Shown piece after piece: positions 12,022 to 24,432 of a stretch of 64,000 nucleotides of DNA. Below the pieces are notes generated by a model. That model was not told the origin of the DNA and ran no database searches. It saw only the letters and a list, made by a program, of their open reading frames with translations. Origin of the DNA: Phoronis australis. Taxonomy: Eukaryota; Animalia; Phoronida. The position numbers and the translations under genes were made by a program. Location of the stretch: NCBI GenBank assembly GCA_002633005.1, contig NMRA01000135.1, forward strand, positions 661,992 to 725,991, in the 5' to 3' direction. The first letter of the stretch is position 1; the number at the start of each line of letters is the position of its first letter.

Positions 12022-15000
12022 GACTACGTATTTGTTTCTTTACACGACTTCAAGTTGTAGACCGTAGATTTCCCGACTTTCAGTCAACCTTATTCTTGGT
12101 ACGTGAAACACGCTGGGCCATCCGTAGACTAATTCGTACGCAAAGTTTTAATTTTATTGTTGCTAACAGTGTTTTGTTTCACAAGTAATTTTTTATATCT
12201 AGGATGATGAATGCAGTTTCCAGCATCTGCAGTAGCTAATTATAGAAGTTGTCGTAGCTAGCCGTTACAATAGGCTAAACTTGGCCGCGTCAAATAACAG
12301 ATGTCACGAAATCTCCAGAAGTGCTAACACGGATGTGATTTCGCCATTGAAAATTTTACTCTTTTTAGAACATCAGAGTTATCCAAGATATATTACAGTC
12401 GATTTCATCATCAGCACTAGAACTATAAATAAAGATTTCGCAATACACATGTGAGATGAATACAGCCGGCTGGTATCCGTTACCCGCAAGCAATTTCTTT
12501 TATAATTCAGGTCAATTAAACACGCACACTTCACTGCCCCTAGTCGAGAACGGCCGCCACGGACCCTTTTGTCAGGCTTTCCGGACACAATGTGACCCTC
12601 CACGAGGCTCCCAAGACACGACACAGCGGAGTCAGCTCTGGTCAAGCAGTATTCCCAAGTTGTACGGCGGGCCTATCGTAGGCTTATCGGAATTAGGTGG
12701 ACATGTCCGGCGCTTGACGAAAAATAATTTGATAGTTTTCGGTTACTGTTGTATTATGATTTCACTTTGAAGAAAATAAAGGAAACGCACGAGGAATGCA
12801 TTAAAGCCCTAAACATGTCAAAATTGCTATTCATCACGTGGTGCACCAATTAATTAGATAAAGCCGTGGAGATCGAAAACTTCGAATTCGCACAAATCAA
12901 CAATGCGCGGCTGTGAATGTCTTTCCTTTGACAAAAGATATGTCTACCTGTGCAAGATCGAGATACCAGCCAATGCTTTAAGTGAACCCAGTATGCAAAA
13001 CTGTGAATAGAAACAAGTATATTAAAACGCATTATTTAGAGTACAGGCGTATGAGCCTGTCAGTGCAGTAAATGCGTCCATAGTACGGTGCAAAGTGCGA
13101 CAAGAACAATCACTGATACTTCGTTTATCATCAAACGTTGCTTTATCTATATTCTGAGAAATCAATTCATTTGAAACGTGTTTGCTTGCCGGTATGAGAG
13201 ACAATTTACGCCCGTAAAAATAGAATTATAACTTGCTCGATATCATAGATCAATATTACCAGCCAGCAACGCTGGAGTGTTCACAAACGGAACACTGTTT
13301 ACATGAAACGGAAAATGGGTCACTCAGAAATTTGCACAACAATGAGGAAACTAGCTGTCCATTGCACCACATTCCATTGAAATTTCACCGCATTTTAGTG
13401 AAGCTAGCCTATACACATATCTATTATATTGTTTTGACAATATGCCTTTACGTTACAGAGGGGAATTCCCGGCAAACAATGCAGAAGACGGAGTTTTCAT
13501 CAATAATATAAAAATGACGAAAATTAGAATTTATGATTTATGTTTGCATCAATGGCAGTCAAGGTCGTTTCCGGGATTTTACGTCGTGAATGTGTCTTGG
13601 TACCTCAGTGTAACGCGTTATTTCCGTGTTTACAGTCAGCCCTGAGATGAATTTGTTCTAGGAAAATTACAAAAAATGTGACCGTAGTACAATACAATTA
13701 ACTTTGAAACCAGAAATTACCCGAAGTAGCCTACCACTTACGGCTATCATGACAATCGTCAAAAAGTGACATGTATTGTTATCGTATTTCGAGAAGTTTT
13801 GATATCAGACAAAACTCAATTTTTTATTTTTGTTGGCATCAAAATCCATGGGATTGTGAAGGAAGAATTCTCGTTGCTTATCTGTGACTAGGCTGTGATC
13901 AAATTTGCTAACTGAGGATCAGGCAAACTAAACAAATAACCCCGGCAGATAAGGGTCAAACACTTTTTCACTCATGGACTCAAATGGGCCTTACGTGTTA
14001 TATCGGACACACAGTAAAATTTATTTCTCATAAAATTACCGCAGCCGCAGTGATTAATTTTATGCTGCAGCTGCTTTTGTATGCTTGCATAGTTGCGCTG
14101 AGCTATTGCATGATCTACTGACTGATCCCATTGTTAGAAATGGAAATTCCACGAGGCGACACGTAGTTGAAAGTGACGACACCGGGTGTAATAAAGATTG
14201 TAAAGTATGCCGATTCACGGGCCTACCACGGGCATCTGTGCGGAGCCAAGGAAATTTCATAAGCGTTGCAGCTGTTGGTGTTGACTGATCTACAACATCA
14301 CTGCAAAAATGTTTATTTTGTTCTAAAAACTAACGATATGTTAACAAGCATAAACTAAAAACAACAACATCAGAAAGTCAATCGTGTGATATCAAAATAA
14401 TGATAACAGTCGTTAAAACAAATGAAATCACGTTCGAATCACCGTACTGTCAAATTAAGCATTTTAAGACACACTATCCATTCAAATCTTAGTACTGAAC
14501 ACAAGATACTTCAAAAAATGAAAAATGTCCGATAGTGTGGGACTGAGATGACTGCATGTCCTGACTCGGCAATCAACCGTGTTTAGAGTTTTGATTGCCG
14601 AGATTATGACGAGGATTGTCTCCCAGTCACGATTCTGTATTGAATATCAAAGCACATTCAGCAAGGTAGTAAACGCGTCAATGATAAAAGCTGGAAACCG
14701 CAATGCCAGGCCGACTGGATTGACGTGAACTAGAGGGGTCAACAAGCACACAAAAAGATACACGAAAAACGCAATAGCCTCAGGAGTCCAGGATATGACA
14801 CACATGAACACAGCCGGCAATGCAACGACAGGTTCTGCAGTGATATTGCTGTCAAACGGAACACTCTGTTGAGACGGCAGTCATATCGCGTCCACTTTGA
14901 CTACCCAGTGAGTATCACGGTGATTGGACAATGAAAGCAGGCGGAAGCGATTATCCGCACCAGCACGATTCTAACAGCGAATTGTTGAACACAGAGCGCT

Positions 15001-15034
15001 GGTAGTGGTAGTAGTGGTGTGTTTGGTTGCCAGA

Positions 15035-16078
15035 TCAGTCAATCACGTGATCAACAGCCAATTTGCCAACGCCGACAACGGTGCCAACTACTAGTGCTAC
15101 AGGAAACAGTACAACGATCCCCGCTGTGATGACGATTTTCCACCCTTTACCTACAAATACCGCGAATTCATTAGTAATGCGAGCACTTGAAATTTTTGAC
15201 AGTGCATTCCTCAGTGTTCGCAAACCCCCGTCATGACCGTGTCAAACACGTTATCACTAAACATATAAATCGATCCTTTGAAAATTGAAAGTGAAAGATG
15301 TAAAAGACCGTTTTTGTAAAGCATGTTCTAAAAGAGTAGTTGAAGATGAAATTAATTTTTTACTTGGATTTCCTGCCTACGCTTATTTGATAACAAAATA
15401 CGATATACGCCCAAGGCTTCTAGTAGATCAGTAAAGTTTTGCAAATGAATTAGGTCTGACCATAACCGTTGGAAATTAGCCTGTTATTTATCTTTGCGAG
15501 AAGAGAAAGGATTCAACTTAAAATCGTGAAAATTGTCTCTGATACTGTTACAGCCTCTTAACGCATACGGGACATTCATGCTATTGTTATGCTAAACATC
15601 CCTATAATGATTCAGTAGTCTACGCGACTTGGTCCTTCACTAGTAGACACGTATTAGCCTACGACCTTGTCATGTTTACACCTGTGGCAACAACTTTATT
15701 TAGTCACAACTTCTTTCTGAGATAAAGAAAAAACGTAACTAGTATTTTTAGTGAACCAGAAAGTCGTCCAAAGTGAGTTCACCTTCCATAAACGCTAAGT
15801 TGCTATCAAAATAAGTGCTGCTACTTGTACAATGACCAGTCATGAGATACATGAAACACTTACCAAATCTGCATCTATTGTCAGGTGTTATCTCGAAATG
15901 CCATGTGGACTTTTTAGTCTTTTCTGCCTTTTGACTGTCACTGAAGCAGTTGCCTCTATCCCAACATTCTTCTTGGTCGGAAGGTGGTATCGGTATGTTA
16001 CCTGAGTTTGCGAGGCGCTCCGATTCTTCATACGTTGGCGGTGGCTGGTCAAAGTGACGGTTGAGGTCGAAACCCAAT
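15035..16078 (-). CDS. Uncharacterised PPxY-containing C-terminally anchored membrane protein, paralog A (5' exon not firmly identified)
   Basis: Exon 16078-15864 (ttgcag acceptor, G|gtaagt donor) plus exon 15150-15035 (tttgtag acceptor) give LGFDLNRHFDQPPPTYEES...EECWDRG...KKSTWHFEITPDNRCRFGKGWKIVITAGIVVLFPVALVVGTVVGVGKLAVDHVID*. Intron position, phase and the 116-nt last exon match paralog B. Weak candidate first exon 16408-16380 (MEVLTDKPKR). Confidence 0.8.
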
Positions 16079-16721
16079 CTGCAACAACAAAAACGGGTGA
16101 CCCATGAGTGTCATATGGCTAAGAAAGGCTGTCTAAAGTGAGGAGAGTCTATCAAATTTAAACTCGACATCCTTTCTCCTGAACAACACAACAAACTGGG
16201 CTGCAGCCTGTAGAGCAAGTTTCTGGCGAATAAAACAAGACGAGACAGCTCTTCGCGAGGTGCATTACTATGAGCGAAGCGCATAATAAAATTAGGGATT
16301 TCACTCGCGACTAAGTATCTTGCATTGCGGAACGGCCCCTGGAATAATTTATTATATAAATGAAATAAAAATCCAAGACCTCTTCGGTTTATCTGTCAGA
16401 ACTTCCATTTTTAAAGACAAGACATGATAACAGCGTAGACAAACACAAAATAAAACACTAGCAACATGGGCCCAAAATATTGGATTTGGTGGGATTTTCC
16501 TTTGGCAACTATCCAATACAATCACAATTTTATCTCAAACGTCTAGGGCAACTCAATGTGACACTCGTGCCCGACTCTATTGTTTGCAAATGACATATGT
16601 CATGAAGTCAATGGGCATATCATGACCTGAATTAGGGTAAAACCATGCGTCGACGCTCTGCTATTTTTAAAGTTGCTTATCCATAGCATACAGGTAACTA
16701 AATTAATTGATAAATGAACAA

Positions 16722-16762
16722 ACACGCACACGCGCACGCACACGCGCACGCACACCCGCACG
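16722..16762. repeat. (CA/CACG)n microsatellite
   Basis: acacgcacacgcgcacgcacacgcgcacgcacac run. Confidence 0.8.
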
Positions 16763-17779
16763 TAAATATGTTCCTATGGTGATCAAGTCAGTCGACGTCA
16801 ATTTTTAGACAATTCTTCTACTGCTGGCCTCCTGGTTGCAGTTCCTATAATTAAATTTCTTTAGTGAATTTTCGTGAAATTTGGCCAAAACGTTCCCATT
16901 GAGGAAACGATGGCACATGCATGTTCGAAAACGACAATTCGATATTAATGTAACATTCTGTTATGATATTTTGTTTTCTGTCTACTAGTGTACCTGGGGA
17001 TGACTTTGATTAGTATCGAAACGTTGTTTACATGCTGCTCTCTAGCGTCTTTTTTGTCCTCCACTTCTTTCATCTAATTTGTCAAAAAACTAATATTATT
17101 TGCAAGCATGAGTGACTCTAGCCTTTGCTGCCCCAACAGTGACAGTTTTAGCATTTTGGAAACCGCTCCTATGTTTAACCTGTGGTGAAGGATGTGAGTA
17201 ATCTTCTCACTTTTTAATCCAAATGACGTAACCTATTTCGGTTAATCAAGTAAGATTTTTCACTTTCCGTTGCTTTGAAATATCCTGAAGTAGAAAGTAA
17301 CGAGTTACAAAACATAAATCAAAAGTACAATTTAGGCATAAAAGTTCGAAAAATAAGTGACCGCAATATTTTGACACGTAATCCTACCTTGCAGAAAATT
17401 ATGATTTTCAAACAAAAGCAATTTCAACTAGCAGAGTGCAAGGTCAATTGAATGGGCAAATCATATTGAGATAAATAGATTATTCATTATAGATATCTCA
17501 CAGACAACAGAAAATTGTACAAACTCTCTTTTTGTAGCAGCGTAGCTACAAATGCATTATAGTTAAATCTTCACCGATGACAATGTTCAACAAAAGTCGC
17601 CATGTTGTCCAACGTGAATTGTGAGCACTTTAACCACTCAATAAGTTACACCTACGTTGCATTTTGGTGAAAAATTCTATGAACAGTGTCAAAAAGCATT
17701 ACAAACAAGTTTTGGAAAAAAGCATTTTACTCAGGCTGATGAATAGTTTTGTTTAACATTCCACTGAGGATACTGAGGA

Positions 17780-18360
17780 TAAAAATGGTATACATGAACC
17801 ACTTTGGTGTAAGTCGAACATCATTATCAGCAACAAACATGTTTTCTAGACTGGTATAGAAAACGTTTTTCTTTTATATTTGACCTTGTTGATACTGACG
17901 GTAAACTGATGTCATATCAAACATTATGTCCAACGTTCTGTTACTCTCCACCAATCACACACTTTCTTGGTTTGACTGAAAAAGCAATCCAAAATTTCTC
18001 AGTTGCTCACTAAACGACCATTTTGCTGTAAACCTTCTTCACTATCAAAAACAGTTAACTCACTCAGTTTCACAAAAATATGTAAATAAAGAGATCTATA
18101 GTCTCTTTGTTAAAAACCTAATCTAGAAAATAATTCAGAGTTAAATTTGAAATTTAATTTTACTAGTGACGGGTGGAAAAAGACATACCCAGGTTCTGTT
18201 AATTTTACAAATGAAGTTAAATTGAAATGGTTCCAGATTAGACTTATTCATTGAAATATTACCAATGTCTTCCTTTGAAAAATTGGCATCTTGTCTTCAA
18301 ACTTAATGTACTTTTTGTAAAAAGGAGCCATGAGTTTTAATCCGTCTTTTTGGTCTATCA
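17780..18360 (+). mobile_element. Decayed L1/Tx1-clade LINE ORF2 C-terminal fragment
   Basis: Disrupted translation HEPLWCKSNIIISNKHVF*.WYRKRFSFIFDLVDTDGKLMSY...FLGL..AI, then WKKTY...TNEVKLKWFQIRLIH*..TNVFL*KIGILSSNL/CTFCKKEP/..LI.LF. This fits the post-RT and zf-RVT (CxxC..E...HLF) region, with stops and frameshifts. Confidence 0.8.
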
Positions 18361-20096
18361 ATGTCATACAGTCTTTTGGTGATTCCTTTCAACATTGGAT
18401 TTTAGATAAAACAGCAATAGCGTTGAATTTTGTTTCTGTGAACATATTTTATGATCGACATGTGTCCCGAATAATAGATAAATGATACGTGCGTCGCAGG
18501 CTCTTTACCGGAGATGAAAAGGAGGCAGAGGTAGGCGATATAAGGTCATTTATTATAACTAATACAATTACAATATAACGAATACAGGTAAATAACAAAA
18601 TAAATGGTAATCTCTGGTAAGATGGGCGATAAAAAAGCGCCGGCCACCTGGAAGTACGAGAGAATGATGAAAACTGGGAGGTAGAAAGTGGGAAAAATTA
18701 ATAAGTTTTGGAACGCACGACAATGTGGCCGGAACAAAGGTGAACTGAAAGCGAGGTTACAGTAACAAAGAAAAAAAACTCTAAGGACACGTGACAATCA
18801 TCAGCCTGTAAGAGCCAAAGCTGACCTTTCCTGTGATGTAGGCTTTTGTTTACAAAGTAAAAAAATAAGTTTTCGGTTCGTCCGCTTCATATAGTAGCGA
18901 ACTATTTATAAATGTAAACTTAACAGCTTTGAAATAGTGCACTAATCGGAATATTTCATTAAAACACATGTATTATTCATGTCAGTCTAAAAATTGTCTC
19001 TAAGGGTGTTAACTGTTTTGGGTACTGGCTCAAGGCAAATATGTCATCACCTGTGCCTGCGTAACTTCTCTGAACCACGGTCAGTTGTGAACGCTCAATG
19101 GGTGAAGTGGTGTATGGATATGTCAGACAGCATTATTTTCTCTAAAAAATTAATGCTGATTCTCATTAATTGTTTCTTCTTGAACCATCTTAATTGTAAT
19201 GAAATTACATGTTCACACAACCAAGATCTACACATAAACATATCTTCCAAAGTCCACAGCGCTGCAAAATGGCTTGTAGGAGCACTTGAGTGACATCCAA
19301 TTTCAACATTACAAAAAATTGCCTCACGATTTATCCTCCCTGTCACCTGAACAATGCAGCGAACTCATTAGTATCAATTTTATTTGGCAGTCCTTATGTC
19401 CCACTTCCTAATATCATTATATGTTTTCTCTCATTGCGTGCATTCTACCTGTTTTTTATACTGGAAAATTACTGTTTTGGTATGCAAATTTTTAAATGCA
19501 AATTTTTAAAGGCCTACAGGTAAAAAGTAAGGGGTCAATAAGTGAAAAATTGGTGATTTTTGTATCACATACACAAAGTTTAAGCTGAATCTGAAAGAAG
19601 ACCCCTAGAGTGATTTTTTATTTCTTTTTTATTTTCTCGTGGAATGGCTCTTAAAACGGTGGCACTGGTTCTTGCAGAGTGGCAAGCCAGTACCGTACGC
19701 CATGCTCTGTTGACAGTATCACAGTATCAGACGCCCTTGTGATATTGTCACGTGTAGTTTAAAAGACACAAACATAATCTTACTCCCCAGGCTAACAAAA
19801 GGCACCATGATGTAAACGCGGTGCGGCCAAACTGACTGATCGAAAATCACTGTTTTATTCCAACATATTTATTTTCTGTATAAAATTGAAATGACACATT
19901 AACAAGCAACACACAACAAAACAGTCGTGTGACAATAAAGTAATCTTAACAATGACCAGATATAAATACAATAACATTAGTCACCAAAGGTTTAAATTAT
20001 GTTCAAAGTGGCGTTTTCGAGGTATCCTCTAAAATCCTGAGATGAATACCAGTTTTTTAATTTTGAACACAACTTCAAAATACCCACTCACTGAAA

Positions 20097-20252
20097 CAGG
20101 GGCGGATTCGGGATTTTGAGTTGGGGGAGGGGGGCAGGGCAGAGTATTAGCCAGGATTTTGCCCGACTGACATTCGCACCCCCGAACTGCCAAATGGAAT
20201 CTGGGAGAATTGGCGGGCCATGGCCCCCTTGGCCCTCCTAAATCCGCCACTG
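20097..20252. mobile_element. Inverted copy of the 3745-3906 MITE family
   Basis: CAGGGGCGGATT..AATCCGCCACTG termini; the interior is the reverse complement of 3745-3906. No clear TSD. Confidence 0.8.
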
Positions 20253-21098
20253 CGTCAAATATTTTAAATCAACAGATTCCCATGATGCCCGAGTGTTCGT
20301 TGCCCAAGTTCTGCATCGATCAGCAACATACACCAAAATTTAATGTTTACAGGTACAATTACTGCATCACTAAAATTAAATCGTGATTGCTGTCAATCGG
20401 ACGTGCGTTCAGTAACGCTAGGACCTAGCTAAAATCTCATTTAAAATACACGGTAACCTCACGTAATCTCGCGAAGTCTTGTTTTCGCCGAGTTCCCAGC
20501 ATTACTTACTGAACGGGAGGCGGATAAAAATGTTTAAATGCAAATCGTAGATTCCGATTGCCCGTTACAAGGCAATCAGACGATTTTAAAATGCAGACTA
20601 GTGGGGTTGGGGTTGGGGTTGTTCTCCACTATATCTTTTAGAAGTGCTGATGGGGAATAAGCCGCCCACTTTTCCACAGGATCCCACTCCGAGGGCCACG
20701 GTCACCGTTTTGTCGGCAGGAAGTTCAACATTATGAAACTGTCACACCTTAGTGTTGCTTGACAACACTTTACAGTATTCGAGTCACAAATTGCGCTGAA
20801 ATATGAAACTGTTCTGTAGATTGACTCTTTCATAGATGTACAAGTACCATGAAGTGAACCATTTCGTTGTTATTAACAAACGCACTCTTTCAAGTAAACT
20901 GGTGGTGAAAAAGTCAATCAGCAGTCTTTCCACGAAGCGTCAGTATCAGTGTGAGGAGTCACAGTCAGTGAACACACAGTGAAGGTTCCTCGGCCGCAAC
21001 AATTGGTCAACGCAGGGCGGTTGCAACAGGGGCTTGCTGAGCGTCAGAAAGCTCTCCGTAGACAATGGATGTGAATTCAAGTGGCAAAGAGTCAAAAC

Positions 21099-22098
21099 TC
21101 AGCCAATCACGTGACCAACAGCCAACTTGCCTACGATTAGGGCAGAGGCTATCAAAAGCAGTACAGGAAAAAACAGAACACCTCCAGCTGTGATGACAAT
21201 TTTCCACCCTCTACCTACAAGAAAATGAAACAACTGCACAATGTAAGCAGGTAGCAATGATTATAGCACGGTTTCTGTGTATACTGATGCACCTGCAGGC
21301 GTCAAAGCTGTGCCGATATTCGGAACACTTAGTAAAAAGGAAGTTTTTGAATTAGATACAATTGAAGATTGACTATCTGTTACCGTGAAAAACAGCATGT
21401 CGTCATGCAATCCAACATCAGCCAGAAGACTGAAAGTATTCGACACACACATCAGTGTAACATTTACGGACACAAGCGATAGCAGCCTGCGCTTACAAAT
21501 GAAGATCAGACGCGTGTACCCGTACGCGAACGGTTGAAAAAAATATTTTGAAAAAAAAATTGCAGATGACAGGCGCATAGACATAAACGCGCATGACGCG
21601 GTAATGACCAAGAAGTGTACGTGCACGAACGTACGCCAAATGAACGGCGTCGCATTGCAACCGGCATTTACAGAAAAAGCAATCGGCAAAGTCACCAGCA
21701 CGAATAAAGCGTGACACTAGTATTTTTATTTTCTTAGTCAGCGACTGATAGAAAAAATAACTCATCATCGATGAAATGCATTGCAACTCCACTCACCAAT
21801 TCTGTATGATGCCTTGTCACCCGGCTTTATTTCGAAATGCCAAGTAGACTTTTTAGATTTAGTCTTTTGCCTGCATCTAAAAGCCCCTACAGAAATCTCA
21901 CTGGGGTTCGGCGACGGGACTTGCATTGACCCATGCCCGGCGGGATGTCGGCGCCGTTCTCTGTGCAGCGGACGGAAGTCACCGTTGTCCCAGCACTCCT
22001 CTTCTTCAACTGGCGGTGCTGAAGGCGGTGGTGACGTGTACGCTGAAGATTGTCCAACACACCATTCATAGGGTGGTGGGTTGTCTCTGAAGTTTATC
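21099..22098 (-). CDS. Uncharacterised PPxY/PSAP-containing C-terminally anchored membrane protein, paralog B (5' exon not firmly identified)
   Basis: Exon 22098-21797 (ttgcag acceptor, G|gtgagt donor) plus exon 21214-21099 (ttgtag acceptor) give INFRDNPPPYEW..SPPPSAPPVEEEECWDNG...KKSTWHFEIKPGDKASYRIGRGWKIVITAGGVLFFPVLLLIASALIVGKLAVGHVIG*. Candidate phase-compatible first exon 22519-22464 (MERQLRRKNYESRFYQPTR, AG|gtcagg). Confidence 0.8.
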
Positions 22099-23322
22099 CT
22101 GCAACAATACAATGAAAGTGTATGGTGAGTGTGCGATAGCGCGATGGAGTAATGTCAGAAGTGCCATGATGTGTTTATCATCTCCAAAAGAAATTCAAAG
22201 TCCTTTTCACGATCATCGTACTTTAAATATACAACACTAGTTAATCCCACTACGCTTAATGCTTAGCTTACGTTTTCGAAGACATTACTACACTGAGCGT
22301 TGACTGAGCTACACAATACTCTTCCACTGAGAAAGGCTAAAATATAAAGGTTTTGGGGGGTTTTCCCGGCCTTGGCACTGAGCCAGGCATCTTTCACCAT
22401 TATGTGGCAATCGGTAAATACCTCAGTGGTTATAGAGATTGCTTGCATTCAAATAGGCCTGACCTAGTTGGCTGGTAAAACCGTGACTCATAATTTTTAC
22501 GCCGAAGTTGTCTCTCCATGTCAAAGATGTTATATTTACTTAGCCAGCCAACTAGCTGTATGTAAAAATATAGCTTTTGATTTTCATATTCAAAATCAAG
22601 ACTTTTTAGAAATCTGTAATTACAGCGTTTTGAAGGTCTCATCTTGAAAATTTGTACCAAGTAAAGCTTGAACCTGTCATTGATACCGCTGCATTGTTAC
22701 CAATATATTTCTTTTATTTTCTGAATTTTACTAAAAGGACATTGTCACCTGACCCAATTAATGCGCATATTGCTAAAATGTAAAAAACGAAATACTACTA
22801 ACCGACTTTCTGCTTTAAGGAAATACATACTTTTACTGGGTTAATATCATTCTATAAATAAGCGTTGTAGTAATTTGATTTAATACGCGTACTTGTCAAT
22901 AAACAGTCACACATACCGACATTAGTGAGCAACCTTGTTTTATGATTGATTACTCTATTTTAGTTCTTGCTTTAATTTACATTGATTGTGAGAAAAACGA
23001 ATGGTACTTCATGTCGTCGCAGACTAATATCATGTCATAAGACAGAAAATGAGAAAGCTTTTATTTCTTACAATAAATAATATCAGCGAATGTATTTTTC
23101 TTATTCAAAGATGGACTATTCTGGAAACACCGGAGACAAGTGGTAGATTTGCAAGCGATCAGCGCTCGGACATCGAGTCTTATTAGAACCCATGTATTGA
23201 GCTTCTAGCCATGCGACAGGAATGATTTCTCTCCACGACGGGGATCCTGATGAAGGCCACTCATGAGGCCAAGCCAACTCAATTACGTCAAGTGGCGTCC
23301 TACGTGTATAGGAGAAAAATAA

Positions 23323-23571
23323 CATAGGCCCACCCGGGGGAGGAGCCCCCAATTTGGCGAATTGGGCAAAAAGGTCCGCTTCAGTAAAACAAAAAGTCCG
23401 AGTAAACGAGACAAGATCCATAGGAAGTCTGTGCGGATGCACGGTTCGTGGGCCTGGACCTAGAGGCCCCGTTTTTTTTTATTCCTCGTTGATTTCTTGA
23501 TTTCTCCCACTAAAAGGTCTGCATATCGAAAAATTCGAGCCCCCCTATATTTTAGGCTTGGTGCGCGCATG
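23323..23571. mobile_element. MITE with CAT..ATG termini and 5-bp TSD
   Basis: Imperfect TIR CATAGGCCCACC / GGTGCGCGCATG, with AATAA duplicated at 23318-23322 and 23572-23576. Confidence 0.6.
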
Positions 23572-24330
23572 AATAAACTATACTGTTGTGTAAATAATGA
23601 AAACATTGGCTCGCCTTTGATTGGAAGGATATATTTTAACCCAAGTGGTTAAACTACCAACTTTGAATGGTATCGTTCTGTCTGGAATTTTTTGGAGTAC
23701 GTTTGGAGGCTTAACTTTTTGTACTTCAGCAGAATACGTCCGAAGTGGCGAACATGTTTTCTCGCCCCAGGACCTGGCCTTAACAGTTACACACCCGAAT
23801 GGCCTCTTGCCAAAACATCAATCGACACTAATGATCGGGAGACCTGGAAATTTTACGTCAGAAAATTTCCTTGACTCATTTTATTATTAGGAAATAACAA
23901 AACTGTAATCTACATCGATATCGAAAGAGAAATACATAGACCCACATGATCGATCAGCTGCTAGACGTTGGACAGCCATTTCAGACACGAAAGGTGTGAT
24001 AAGACATCGACAGCGTTGGCAAATTATGTAATAAATCTGTTCAGCCAGATTTACTCAGTATGCACGGGGAAATGGCTAATCATTGCTAGGTTACAGCTGG
24101 GCGTGAGATTTTTCAGTAACTTATGCATGGAGAGGCTAAGAATGACGTGGCATTTAATCGAATTTTGAGTTTGATCTCAACGTAAATTTTCCAATTCTCT
24201 GAACCATTTTGTTCAGCCATGGCTTTTCGTAAGCCGTAATCAGTGTTTGCAAAAATTAAAAGTACTCCTACTGGTCGGTGCTTAACATTCACACAATTTC
24301 TCAATTCCGGACAATTATGGCAGTCAAAGG

Positions 24331-24432
24331 TGCGGTGGCCCAAAGATGACATCGCGAGATAATTAAGTCGGGATCTCGAAACCCTGAGATAATTAAAAAA
24401 GAAACCCGCGATGTCATCTTTGGGCCACCGTG
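24331..24432. mobile_element. ~100-bp Transib-like MITE
   Basis: Perfect 24-bp inverted repeat CGGTGGCCCAAAGATGACATCGCG (24333-24356 / 24407-24430). The right end reads CACGGTGG inward, a Transib-type terminus. Confidence 0.6.

Noticed and set aside
14062-14288. Signal-peptide-like MLQLLLYACIVALSYC next to a Cys-containing frame
   Set aside because: It stops after 19 codons and would need a frameshift. No recognisable homology.
14648-14880. Hydrophobic minus-strand frame with GPCR-like SWTP and VNP words
   Set aside because: The motif spacing is too short for TM6-TM7, no other GPCR exons are visible, and T/G-rich strands yield hydrophobic frames by chance.
20950-21101. Open frames after the TGA stops of both PPxY paralogs (readthrough or selenocysteine)
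   Set aside because: The extensions are not similar to each other, there is no TGA-CTAG context, and no SECIS is evident.
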